Below, one piece after another: positions 25,891 through 37,800 of a stretch of 64,000 bases of DNA (position 1 is its first letter; every line of letters starts with the position of its first letter). The translations under genes and the position numbers were made by a program. The stretch is from Podarcis gaigeae (Eukaryota). Location of the stretch: assembly GCA_964106915.2 (NCBI GenBank), contig OZ066929.1; one strand, 5' to 3'. The notes under the pieces are model-generated. The model was not told the origin of the DNA and made no database searches. It saw nothing but the letters and a program-made list of their open reading frames with translations.

Positions 25891-28800
25891 CTACCTGCAG
25901 TGGCGCCGCTTCGGCTTCTTCGACCGCGATGTCCTGACGGAGCCTGACGGGAAGCCCGTGCTGTTGCCGCCGGGCATCACGGTCTGCGACTCGGGCCGGG
26001 GCAGTCTCGTTTTCGGGGATATCCTTGCTGTTAGTGGTGTCGCGAGGGGCGGGCAGGGTGCCTCTGAGCGTGTGTGGAGTGCTCTTTTCCCCTCAACCAG
26101 CTTGCCTGGGCAGGGCTTTTGTCTCGGTAAGCGGACATGAGTTTTGGGTAAGCTGCACCCATGGCTCGCCTTCTGCCAAAGTCTGAAGGCATTCCTCCTC
26201 TCCACCCCGTGAGCTTATTCAAGTTAAGAACATAAGGCGATGCCTGATGCAAGCATTGGCTCAGCTACTTCAGTGTTGCCTACATCGTGGTGACTGAGTT
26301 GTCACCCTTGCTGCTGACCATGCCATTGCCCAAACTGACAGCAGTTGGCAGGGGGTTGGACTCGATGGCCCTTGTGGTCTCTTCCAACTCTATGATTCTA
26401 TGAAAAGTCCAGCTACATCTGGGCAACCACAGGTTAGGTAGGCACTCTGAGTCTATGATGACCAACAGACAGAAAGTAGAAGCCTTTACCTGCTTGGAGG
26501 TTCTAGGGATTGAATCTAGAATCCTTTGTATGCAAAGCAGGTGCTTCACCACCAGCCTTTGACCCAGCTCAGATATGCAGGTCTTGTTCAGTGTCTGGGT
26601 GGGAGGCAGCTGCGGAAACAATTTGAGTTCCATCATGGAAGAAAGATGGGATATAAACATAGTGCGATAAAAGATTTTAATAGCAAACCACTGAGCCTTT
26701 TGTGCCTTCTGCTCTCTTATGGGGAGGACTCCTTAACTCAGACCTACATATGGAAGGGCAGATATGGTTCCTGCTGCGCAACCTTGAGCTCAGCAGCTTC
26801 CAAGCTTATAAGCTGAGAGTGACACATCTCTACCAGTTGAAGCAGCACAGCATCTTGGCTTCAGTTGGGGAGGATGAAGAAGGTATTAACCCTTTGGTAA
26901 GTTGGTTTGAGGGAAGCCGGACTTGTTTTTCTATTTGATGGAAAGCATTTGCGAGATTAGTTGTAGGGAAGGAGGAGTCTTCCGTGATGACAAGGCTGAG
27001 ATAAGTGTGGGCCACCAGTTCTTCAAAACATTGCTGCTGGAATCTAGGAATTTTAAATATTTATTTGTCACCTAAGACTTTAACTCAGGTGTTCAGGAAT
27101 TTTGGCTTTTTTGTATTTTTCTGACTTGTGCATACAGTCATGCCTCATGTTACGTCCGCTTCATGTTACGTTCTTTCAGGTTACTTCCTGCGGCGACCCG
27201 GAGTACCGGAAAGGGTTACTTCCGGGTTTTGCCACTCGCGCATGCGCAGAAGTGCAAAATGATGTCACGCGCATGTGCAGAAGTGGCAAATTGCAACCTG
27301 CCATGAGCAGATGCACTGCTGCGGGTTACGCTCTTTTCATGTTGTGAGCGGACCTCCAGAACGGATCCCGTTTGCAACCAGAGATACCATTGTGTTTGGC
27401 TTAAGCCTAATCAAAAGAAGGGTGTCTTGCTCCTTCTGCCTATTTGCCCTGCAGTGACTTCCTGTTAGGAGAGTAAATGTGGCTCCTTTCTTTCCACAGC
27501 AGCTATGTCTGTACTCCTGGTCCCAGAGTTTGACTGGAGAAAGGGGGAAATGTGCATCTTATATGCACAGTAGCACTTACTTTTAGATAAGAAGGGAATT
27601 GGTCCAATTTGTGGTGGTTTTCCTCAACAAGCCCCCTATAATAACTTGTAGGTCAAAGTCTGGAATCTAGAGAAGCGTGATGGTGGGAATCCTCTGTGCA
27701 CCAGGATTTTCCCTGCAATACCAGGCAACAAGCCTACAGTTGTGTCCTGCCTCACAGTCCATGAGAATCTCAACTTCATGGCCATTGGTAAGTGGAAATG
27801 AAATTGCTGCTGTGAGTTACAGACATAAAATCATAAAGGAGAAATTGATCTACTTTGTTTTGGGGAGAGTACTCCTCTGTCTTTTCATATTAATCTAATT
27901 CAGCTTTCCATTTGGTGGACTTACCTGATGTCTTCCGATGGCAGAGAATGCCTGCTTTTTCCCAGGGTGTCTCATGGAATGCAGCATTCACCCTTTCCCA
28001 TTTCTGCTGTAGGCTTTACAGATGGGAGCGTTGTGCTCACTAAAGGGGACATCACGAGAGATCGGCACAGCAAAAGTCAGATCCTTCATGAAGGCAGTTA
28101 CCCAATTACAGGCCTTGCCTTCCGTCAGTCTGGCAAAACAACACACCTGTTTGTTGCCACCACAGAGAACATCCAGGTAAGATGTTTGGTTGACCACTGT
28201 GTGTGTGTGTGTGTGTGTCATGCCCTGCCCCGCCCCAGTTTCTGAGCTGTTCTTGTGGCTTTCCAAGCTTCATTGTGTCCTCCTCCTTGTGGACTTTGCA
28301 GTGTTACACGCTTTCAGTGAAGGATTATCCGAAGCTAGAATTGGACACACGTGGCTGTGGGTTGCGCTGTTCCACACTCAGCGATCCCTCCCAGGACCTC
28401 CAGTTCATTGTGGCAGGAGATGAATGTGTATATCTGTACCAGCCAGATGAGCGTGGGCCCTGCTTTGCCTTCGAAGGCCAGAAGCTGATAGCCCACTGGT
28501 ATCGGGGCTACCTTGTCATTGTTTCCAAGGAACGGAAGCCTTCTCCAAAGTAAGACAGAGCTGCAAGACAGAATAACTTGTTGAATTGTTTTCCTTTGAC
28601 CTCTTAAAAACTTGGGGTGTGGGATCTGGATAAAGGTGGTTGCTGTGAAATTATTTATTGCTTCTGGTTAGGTACTCCTCTGTAGGAGAGAGCAGTAGAA
28701 AGCCATTGTGTGTTGCATGGGATTTCTTTTTGGCCTTCCAATCCCTATTTGCAGGCAGTGTTAAATCTGGCCTTCCTTTCCAGCTTCCTATCAGATTTCG

Positions 28801-31800
28801 GATTTTCTGAATATGCTGAGTGGGATATGTACAAGTAATCTTGAGAATGTGATGACTGTTACGAAAGGCTGGAAGGTCCAAATGGCTGAGTGCGGGGGTT
28901 GGGGTTGGGTAGGGAAACCCTACTTTGCAGCAAGGCAATATGTTGTGCTATCCAAGGCTCAGAAACAGTTAGGTTGACGTACATATCGTGGGGGAGAAAC
29001 AGGAGGCAGATGCATCTTATGCATTGGAATGCAAAAGCTTGGTCATTAGTTTTTTAGATTCATCAGGTACTCACAGAGGGCTCTGCCAGCTGACTTTAAC
29101 GTTTGCCTGGAAATGTTAAGACCAGCAGTTTGAGACTCTCTGAGGCTGTGAGTGTGGACCATTCTTTCATCCAGTGCACGAAAGGGAACTCCTGACCTGT
29201 GAGTGAAAGTTAAAAGACTATCTCTGAGGCTGTCCCTCACTCTTTGCTCCTCTGTACTCCAGATCGGAATTTGCTGGGAGTGATCCACAAAACTCCGACA
29301 AGCAGATCCTGAATATTTATGACTTGGGCAACAAGTTCATTGCATACAGCTCTGTCTTTGACGACGTGGTGGATGTCCTGGCCGAGTGGGGGTGCCTCTA
29401 TGTGCTGACCAGAGATGGGAAGCTCCATGCACTGCAGGAGAAGGATACGCAAACCAAGCTTGAGGCAAGGGACCTTGGTCGCTTCTTCCTCCTCTGTGGT
29501 TAGTGGGGTTCTGAGGTGCAAAGCTTATTCACATCTGCCTGCAGCTCAAAGCCCAGATGTTGCCCTACACCAGGCCGTTTGGACTGCAAATACCATCAGT
29601 CCCAGCATCATACACCTGTGCTGCCTGGAGCTGATGGGGAGCCGTAGCCCCAACCATTTGGAGGGCTCCAGTTTGTGCGAGGTTGGTGTGGTCTGCTGTT
29701 GCTCCGAAGGGAGCACTAGTAAGGGGCTGGAAGTGACTCTGAACTAGCATCTGTGCCACGTGGCACAGAGGGAGGGAGCAGCTGTGGCCTAGAGCCCCTT
29801 GTTTCTCCTCTTACAGTTACGAAAGCTGCAAATGCGTGTCATTATTCATTCACAAAACAATACATCAGCATGCATTCCATACTTGAGGACCCCAGTAATT
29901 AAGCAGCTCTCCGTGGAAGAATAGTTATGAATAGTCAATATTACCCTTAAAACCCTGTTGTTCCCATCAACGTTTGTAAGCAAGCAAGCACTTCTCTTCC
30001 AACAGATGCTCTTCAGGAAGAACCTCTTTGAAATGGCCATTCACCTGGCCAGGAGCCACCACCTGGATAGTGACGGCTTGTCTGAGATCTTTCGCCAGTA
30101 TGGAGACCATCTGTATAACAAGGGAAACCACGATGGCGCCATTCAGCAATATATTCGGTAGGCGGGACAGGGGAGTTTTGGCCCTCCCTCTTCATTACAG
30201 CCATGTTGGGGTGAGAAGAAAAACCAGAGGCCTTGCTATCTAAGCATCTGGGTGCCACAAATCTGGATTTTTTAATCTGACCAACCTGCCACCTTCTTGT
30301 TGGCTTCCTTTCTGAATTGCTTCACCAGGGAATTCATCATGAGATGGGAACTAAATCCATCCAAATGTGGTTTGCAAACACACAGAGCCCTGGTGAGCTC
30401 TGACACATCCAAATGGAGTTTGGCTCTCTGGATCCTAGTGGACTGGGATTTATTTACTGAGATAGTATATAGGGAATGGGACGCAGGTGGCGCTGTGGGT
30501 TAAAGCCTCAGTGCCTAGGACTTGCCGATCGAAAGGTCGGCGGTTCGAATCCCTGCGGCGGGGTGCGCTCCCGCTGCTCGGTCCCAGCGCCTGCCAACCT
30601 AGCAGTTCGAAAGCACCTCCGGGTGCAAGTAGATAAATAGGGACCACTTACCAGCAGGAAGGTAAACGGCGTTTCCGTGTGCGGCTCTGGCTCGCCAGAG
30701 CAGCGATGTCACACTGGCCACGTGACCCGGAAGTGTCTCCGGACAGCGCTGGCCCCTGGCCTCTTGAGTGAGATGGGCGCACAACCCCAGAGTCTGTCAA
30801 GACTGGCCCGTACGGGCAGGGGGACCTTTACCTTTACCTTTATATAGGGAATGCCTATCTATCTGTGGTTGCTCCTGGCTTTTCAGATTGTGAGGTGCTT
30901 ATCAGCAGATTGCACTACCTTTGGCAATGTGAGGGGCAGACCAAGATAAGTTTCCAGCCCCAAATTGTGAGAACTACAAGTTTTGATTTCCACCCACTTG
31001 ATTTCCACTCTCCCCAATTAATTTGGCACTCCAAGCTACCTCCTCTCCCTGTGCCCTACTTGGGTTGGAAATTGTGGTTGCACCTTCTGATCTTCTGTAG
31101 AACCAGATGTGAGGTTGGGCTTACATGCACACTTTCTCATCTTCTCTCTTGGCTTTTGACTACCTGGAATAGGGTCCTCATGGGGTCCTCTTTCTTCCTA
31201 GTACCATTGGGAAACTAGAGCCATCCTACGTCATCCGCAAGTTCTTGGATGCTCAGAGGATACACAACCTGACTGCGTACTTGCAGACGCTCCACCTGCA
31301 GTCATTGGCCAACGCAGACCACACGACACTGCTGCTGAATTGCTACACCAAGCTGAAAGACATATCCAAGCTTGAGGAGTTCATCAAGGTACAACAGGGA
31401 AGGGTGTGGATGCCCTGGCGCGCTGGCGGCTTGTTCCACATTATGCCTCAATGGGCTTGTGTGCTTGAGCAGCCATCCTCCAACTTTTGGTGCCTGCCTG
31501 CTCCACATTCCCAGTGCAGAGATTGAGAGAGCCTTCCAGGTAATTGAAGGACCCTTCATTTGGCTGCCTGAGGTTGGGAGTTGAGTCCTGGAGTTGAGAA
31601 GGATCAGAAGTCTTCCCTTTGCAGGAAGAGAAGCTTATTTCTTTTTAACCTCATAGGAAGGAAGAAGCAGAGGCTTTCTCTTTGTCTCAGGGGGCAATCT
31701 GCTGCTTCTGGCTCCAGCCATAATATATTACGGTTTCATGGGAGAGATACAGAGGCATTCCTCTTTTCTCAGTAAACATGCCCCTTCTGAATGCCTTCTT

Positions 31801-34800
31801 TGCTTTGTCTCCCCCACACAGACCAGTGAGAGCGAGGTGCACTTTGATGTGGAGACAGCCATCAAGGTTCTGCGCCAGGCAGGCTGCTACTCCCACGCCG
31901 TGTACCTAGCTGAGAAGCATGCGCACCACGAGTGGTACCTCAAGATCCAGCTGGAGGATATCAAGGTGAGGCCAAACAGCTTGCCTGGTGCTGAGCTTCA
32001 CTTCCAGCTTTTAAAGCTGACTTCTTGGAGGGCATCTGGATGCTGGAGAAACCTGAGAGGCGCTTTGGCTTGGGAGGGGGGTGTGTGATGACCGTGTTTC
32101 TCTACATTCCCCCTTTTTTGCACTGGGGATAGTAGTGTCCACAGTTTGGGACTGTGTACATCTGTTTTCCCACATGGCAGACAAAGAGGCGTTAGACTAG
32201 CGTAAGGGTGGGTAACTTGCCGGCTCCCGTGGGTCTTTCACTTGGCCTGTTACGAACACTTTCTTAGTTGTTAAACGTTTTGGGGTCTCAAGGCTGCAGC
32301 AGCAAGTTAAAAGGGCTTGCCATGATTTTTACATTAAGTTGAGCAGCTGCTCCTGTGCTGCATTTTGCAAGAGGAGCTGGGTGACTTGTTGCCATGGAGA
32401 ATAAAAGGCAGGACCGTACACTGCTTAGCTCTTTTTCCTTATTATTATTATTATTTATTGAATTTCACAAAAAACAAACAGACAGACAGACAAAAACCTT
32501 TAACATAGACCATATATTACGGTACATTATCAATTGACTTTTCATCCTCCCCTTCTATGGTTTCCACATTTACCCTTGAATGCTGCATATTTCACATATA
32601 CTATCCAATACAGTCATACCTTGGAAGTCGAACGGAATCTGAAGTCCGTTCAACTTCCAAAACGTTCAGAAACCAAAGTGTGACTTCTGATTGGCTACAG
32701 GAAGTTCCTGCAGCCAGTCAGAAGCCGCGCTGGACTTTCGGCTTCTGAAAATCGTTCGGAAACCGGAACACTCACTTCTGGTTTTTGATCGTTTGAGAGC
32801 CAAAACGTACGAGTTCCAATGCGTTTAGCAACCAAGGTACAACTGTACATCCATGTTAACCTATTTATCTTAATAATGAACGCTGTTGCTCATATTTCAA
32901 GTCCTGCTTGCGTTTTCATCTCACTATAGGTAGTTCTTCAAATACTTAGTTCTAACCCCAAGATACAGGGGAACTGGGCTCTCCTTCTGAAGTTGGCTCA
33001 GCCTGTCTTGCCCTGGGAGTATTATCCATGCTTGTGTCAGAAGCCCTCTTCAGGTGTCCTATCAGCATGTAGAATATTACTGGTGGAGGGGGGGCATGGG
33101 GATGGGAGTGCTAGCTCTGCCCCCCTAAGTTTCATTCCTGTTGCCCTCCTCCAAGTTGGAGGCCAATTGTCTGAAGCTCTGAGCTTCTTGTACTTGTTGA
33201 GGCTCCCTGTGTACTTTTAAACTCCAAAGTCAGGGTTCTAAAATGCATTGGAGAGTTTCCTTGAGTACAGGAGGCTCCCCGCTTTGCAAGGTCAGCATCC
33301 AGCATGCGGAGGACCCACAGAAACGGCGGTGAGAGGGGCAGAGCTGGCAAACGTACCTCACAAACTTTCCATGTGTGATGGTTCTGCAGCACACATTTCC
33401 CTGTGTGTTTTGGACTACAGTTCCCATCAGCCCCCATCATCACAGTGGTTGTGCTGGCTAGGACTAAGGAGAGTTATCCTGAAAAACATGCAGAGGGCAC
33501 CCGGTTTGGGAAAGCTGTTCTGCATGCAGACAGAAGGCCAACATGTTGGCTCTGGAGCAACCTCTCTATCCTATCACCTGCCCTTCTCTTGTGCAGAACT
33601 ACCAGGAAGCCCTGCGTTACATTGGGAAGCTGCCCTTTGAGCAGGCCGAGAGCAACATGAAGCGGTACGGCAAGATCCTCATGCATCACGTCCCAAATGA
33701 GACCACTGAGCTCCTGAAGGTCCTGTGCACGAACTACCAGCCGGTGGGGGATCGTGAGGGTCCTGGAGCACTGGAAGGGAGGAAGGTATCAGCTGGATTC
33801 GGGGCGCGGAGGGGGTTGCGTTGCTGCCCTTTGTGTAGCTGAAGATGGTGCTCACCAAGGAGAGCAGGGGATGAGGAGTAATCGGCATTAAGTGAACAAA
33901 ATGCTGAGTGTAAAATACAGTCTGGGCAAGCAGGCTCAGTGGTGATAGCTTGCAGGGTATTGTGGGGGACAAGCAGAGTCATAGAATTGTAGAGTTGGAA
34001 GGGACCGTTAGGGTCATCTTGTCCAACCCCTGTTGCCCAATGTGGGATTCAAACCTGCAACCCTGAGATTAAGAGCCTCATGCTCTACCGACTGAGCTGG
34101 TTGGAAGGCAGGAATGTTGAACAACCTCTGGGAGGCAGCAAAGGGCTCAGACCTGTGTGGCTTGCAGAGTTTTTGCTTGTCTGGTTGCTGTTCAGATAAG
34201 CCATTCTCCCCATACAAACAGACACACATACCGTATTTTTCGTCCCATAGGACGCTCCGTCCCATAGGACGCACCTAGTTTTTTTGGGGGGGAAATAAAA
34301 GGAATTTTTTCCCTTTATTTCCCCCCCAAAAGCAGGTCGGGGAAACCGAACCAGGTCGAGGGACAGCGGGATGGCGGCGCTGCGCCTCCCTGCTGTCCCC
34401 CGAGCTTGTGGGGCTGGCCGATGTCTGCCCGGCGCGAGGGGCGCTCTGCTTCAGGGCGCCCCGCCCGCCGGCGGCAGGCTGCTATCCGCAGCGTGGGGAG
34501 CCCTGCGGGGAACTCCTGCAGGGCTCCCCATGCTGCGGATGTCTGCTGCGGATGTCTTCCTGAAGCCTGGAGAGCGAGAGGGGTCGGTGCGCACCGACCC
34601 CTCTCGCTCTCCAAGCTTCAGCGAAAGCCTGCATTCGCCCCATAGGACCCACCCAGATTTCCCCTTCATTTTTGGAGGGGAAAAAGTGCGTCCTATAGAG
34701 CGAAAAATACGGTGCCTCATACCAGGAATAGCACTTGCTGATACTTGCTGTGTCCTGAGCACCAGCCAGTCTTTGCTAGGCTCCTTGTAGGGCAGGTGTG

Positions 34801-37800
34801 GGGAGTCACTGACCCTCCAGGTGTTGCTGAACTACAGCTCCCATCACCTCTGGCCATTTGCTTGCTGGGGCTGGTGGGAAATGTAGTTCAGCGATGTCCG
34901 GAGAGCCAAAGGTTCCCCACATGTTTTGTGGGGGGGAGCTCTGGGACATTTGGGGCTGCAGAAGGCTCTGCCAGGAGAACTGAGACACAGAATGTTCCAT
35001 CTAGACTGGCTACTGCCTGCCTTTCCCCATTCTCTTCTCTCTTTGTAATATAGGCAAATCCTGATGAGTTCATTCCCATTTTTGCCAACAACTCCCGGGA
35101 GCTGAAGGCCTTCCTAGAGCACATGTCAGAAGTGCAGCCAGACTCTCCACAGGGCGTGTACGACACACTGCTGGAGCTCCGCCTCCAGAACTGGGCGCAT
35201 GAGCAGGATCCACAGGTCAGTCCTCCATCCGCTTGGGGTCAAATTTGTAGTTGTGCCCAGGGGAGGTTGACTGGTGGAAGCCATTGGCAGCAAGGTCTTG
35301 GGTGACCTGCCTGGTGAAAATCTGGCTGGCAAGAGAGAAAAGCTCAATTCATGGGGCTCTGGTTCAAGGTGTCTGTGACGCAGGTGGCTAACCCATCTTT
35401 TGGCCTGAGTGCCACATTGAACCTTGGTCAACCTTCACAGGGGGCAAGGAACTGCGTTCCAGGGGTGGGTGCTCACCAGATACTATCACATACTGTTGCC
35501 TGCACACACAAACACAGCTGATCTATGCAGAAAACTGTGAAGTGGAGATTATCTTTTCCTCTCTGTACACCAAATGACCAGTTGGATGACCAGGAACAGG
35601 ACAGTTTGCACCCACACAGACTCTTGAAATGAGGAGTAGCCACCCGTGTCCCTTGCCCCATCTCCTAGTTCTTGATCCTGGGGTTATCCAGCAAAGCTGA
35701 ATAGTGGGAGATTCAGGGCAGAGAAACGGGAAGATGGGACACAAAATACGGAATCTACTCCCACATAATTTAGTGATGATCACCAACTTGGATGGCTTCA
35801 AAAAAGGATTAGACACATTCATGGAGGGCAATGCTATTATTCCTGATGGTTGCATGCTCTCTCCAGAATCAGTGGGCAGGAGCAGGCAAGTGCTTCTGTT
35901 GCATTTAGCTCTCCTTGCATTATGCCATCTGGTTGGCCACTGTAAGAACAGGATACTGGACTGGATGGGCCTCCTTTGGCCTGATCCAGTTGCTGCAGAG
36001 CTCTGCTTATTAGCTTGATGTTTTCTTGGCTTTGGGCTCCATGTAGGTCAAAGAGAGGCTGCACAACGAAGCCATTTCCTTGCTGAAGAGTGGGAAGTTT
36101 CGGAGCGTCTTCGACAAGGCTTTGGTCCTGTGCCAGATGCACAACTTCAAGGATGGTGTCCTATACCTCTATGAACAGGGCAAGCTGTGAGTCTAGAGGC
36201 ACCAGCAGCCTCCTACTCTTTGTGGGGGTTGGAAGAGGGTTTCTGGAGCTTCCCCAATGAGGAGGGTGCCGGATATTGTAGACCAGGCTTTGCAGCCTAT
36301 GTGCAGGGTTTGGACCTGGTTGGTCTGTGCCCAGGCTATGTAGCTAAGGAAGGTTTGGAGAGCATCAGGTGGGCTCAAGGGCATTTTTTGTGGCCTCCTG
36401 GTGGAAAGAGCCCTCTTCTCCCTTCCTTCCCCAGTTTCCAGCAGATCATGCACTACCACATGCAGAACGAGCAGTACAAGAAGGTGGTGGAAGTCTGTGA
36501 GCTGTACGGAGACCAGGAGGCCTGCCTTTGGGAACAAGCCCTCGGCTACTTCGCCCACAAGGAGGAGGACTGCAAAGAGTACATCACAGCTGTGCTCAAG
36601 CACATTGAGACCAAGAATCTCATGCCGCCCCTGCTGGGTGAGGGAGGTTCCACTTCCAGGCGGGGGGTGGGGGTGGCTTGAGAGGCTTGACTTTGGGAAG
36701 CTGGTGGATGGAGCTGGGAATTAAAACCAGTCTCTCAAGCAAAAGAGCTGCTAGTTAAATCCAGGGCTCCCTTCAGCCTCTCCCTTTATGAGAATGACCT
36801 GCCTTCCAAGACCCTATGGAGGCCAGATGCTGCTCCTTACTCTTGATGCCAGTGATGCTTTTGGCTGAAGGTTTATTTGTTTTTCTGATCCACCCTTTAT
36901 CAATGGTCCCCGGATGTTTCACCATCTATTGATCCCTGTGCCACCACTTTATTTCTCGCTGCCACCACCCAGGCCCTACCTGGGACAATACTGAGTCCAG
37001 TCAGGGTTAAATTGAAACATAAACTTTTGTTTATTTATTGCAGTTTAACAAGCGTGTGGTTTCATAAACAGTATCTGTCAATTACATTCATGGGGTGCCT
37101 ATCCAGACCTATAACTTTTGCTACCTGCTCTCACACACTAAACCACCTCTCAGATATATACTTGTCTGCCTAGCCCTTAACTGTTCCTGACTCAGCCTAT
37201 TTCGCTGCACTAACTCTACTTACTTTATCAAACCTTTATTAGGCATTATGGAAATAAAACCTTAAAAGAGAAAATAACATATAAAAGCCTTGAAATATAT
37301 ATAAAAAGGCAGCAGTTTGCTAAATGCATATATATATATACATATAGAGTCAGTGGTTTTCCTTGTTATCCTGCTCCTTGGAGGACTGCTACCAAAAACT
37401 CGGCTACCCCCGCCGTTACCCTTTGGTCAACGTCGGATAGGTAGAAACCCACACATTCACCTTGCTGCGGTTCCATACCACCCAAAAGAGGGGACAGCAC
37501 GCGTTGACGGAGCGTACTGTACAATGGGCAATGAAGGAGAATATGCTCTACAGTGTCCGGGACATTCATAGAGCATCTGCAGAGTCTCTTGTTTCTAGGA
37601 ATGTTTTGATATCTTCCCCTGACAAATGCTGAGGGAAAAACATTCAAACGGGCCAGCATAAAAGCCCTACGTTGGGCTGGGATTATTAGTTTAGTGACGT
37701 AATTGGCTCTGCTATCTAAGATATTTAATTCATAGAATATGGGGGAGCAAATTTAGTTTACAGCTGCCATAATATTTTGTCTCTTGACATCCTTTAGTCT

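Noticed and set aside
34030-34103. tRNA-Lys(CTT)-like sequence as a real tRNA gene
   Set aside because: The T-loop and acceptor stem are mutated and it is fused to a CR1-type tail, so it is a SINE head.
34315-34790. GC-rich ORFs suggesting an intronic gene or CpG promoter
   Set aside because: They lie inside the TIR-bounded Tc2-like transposon.
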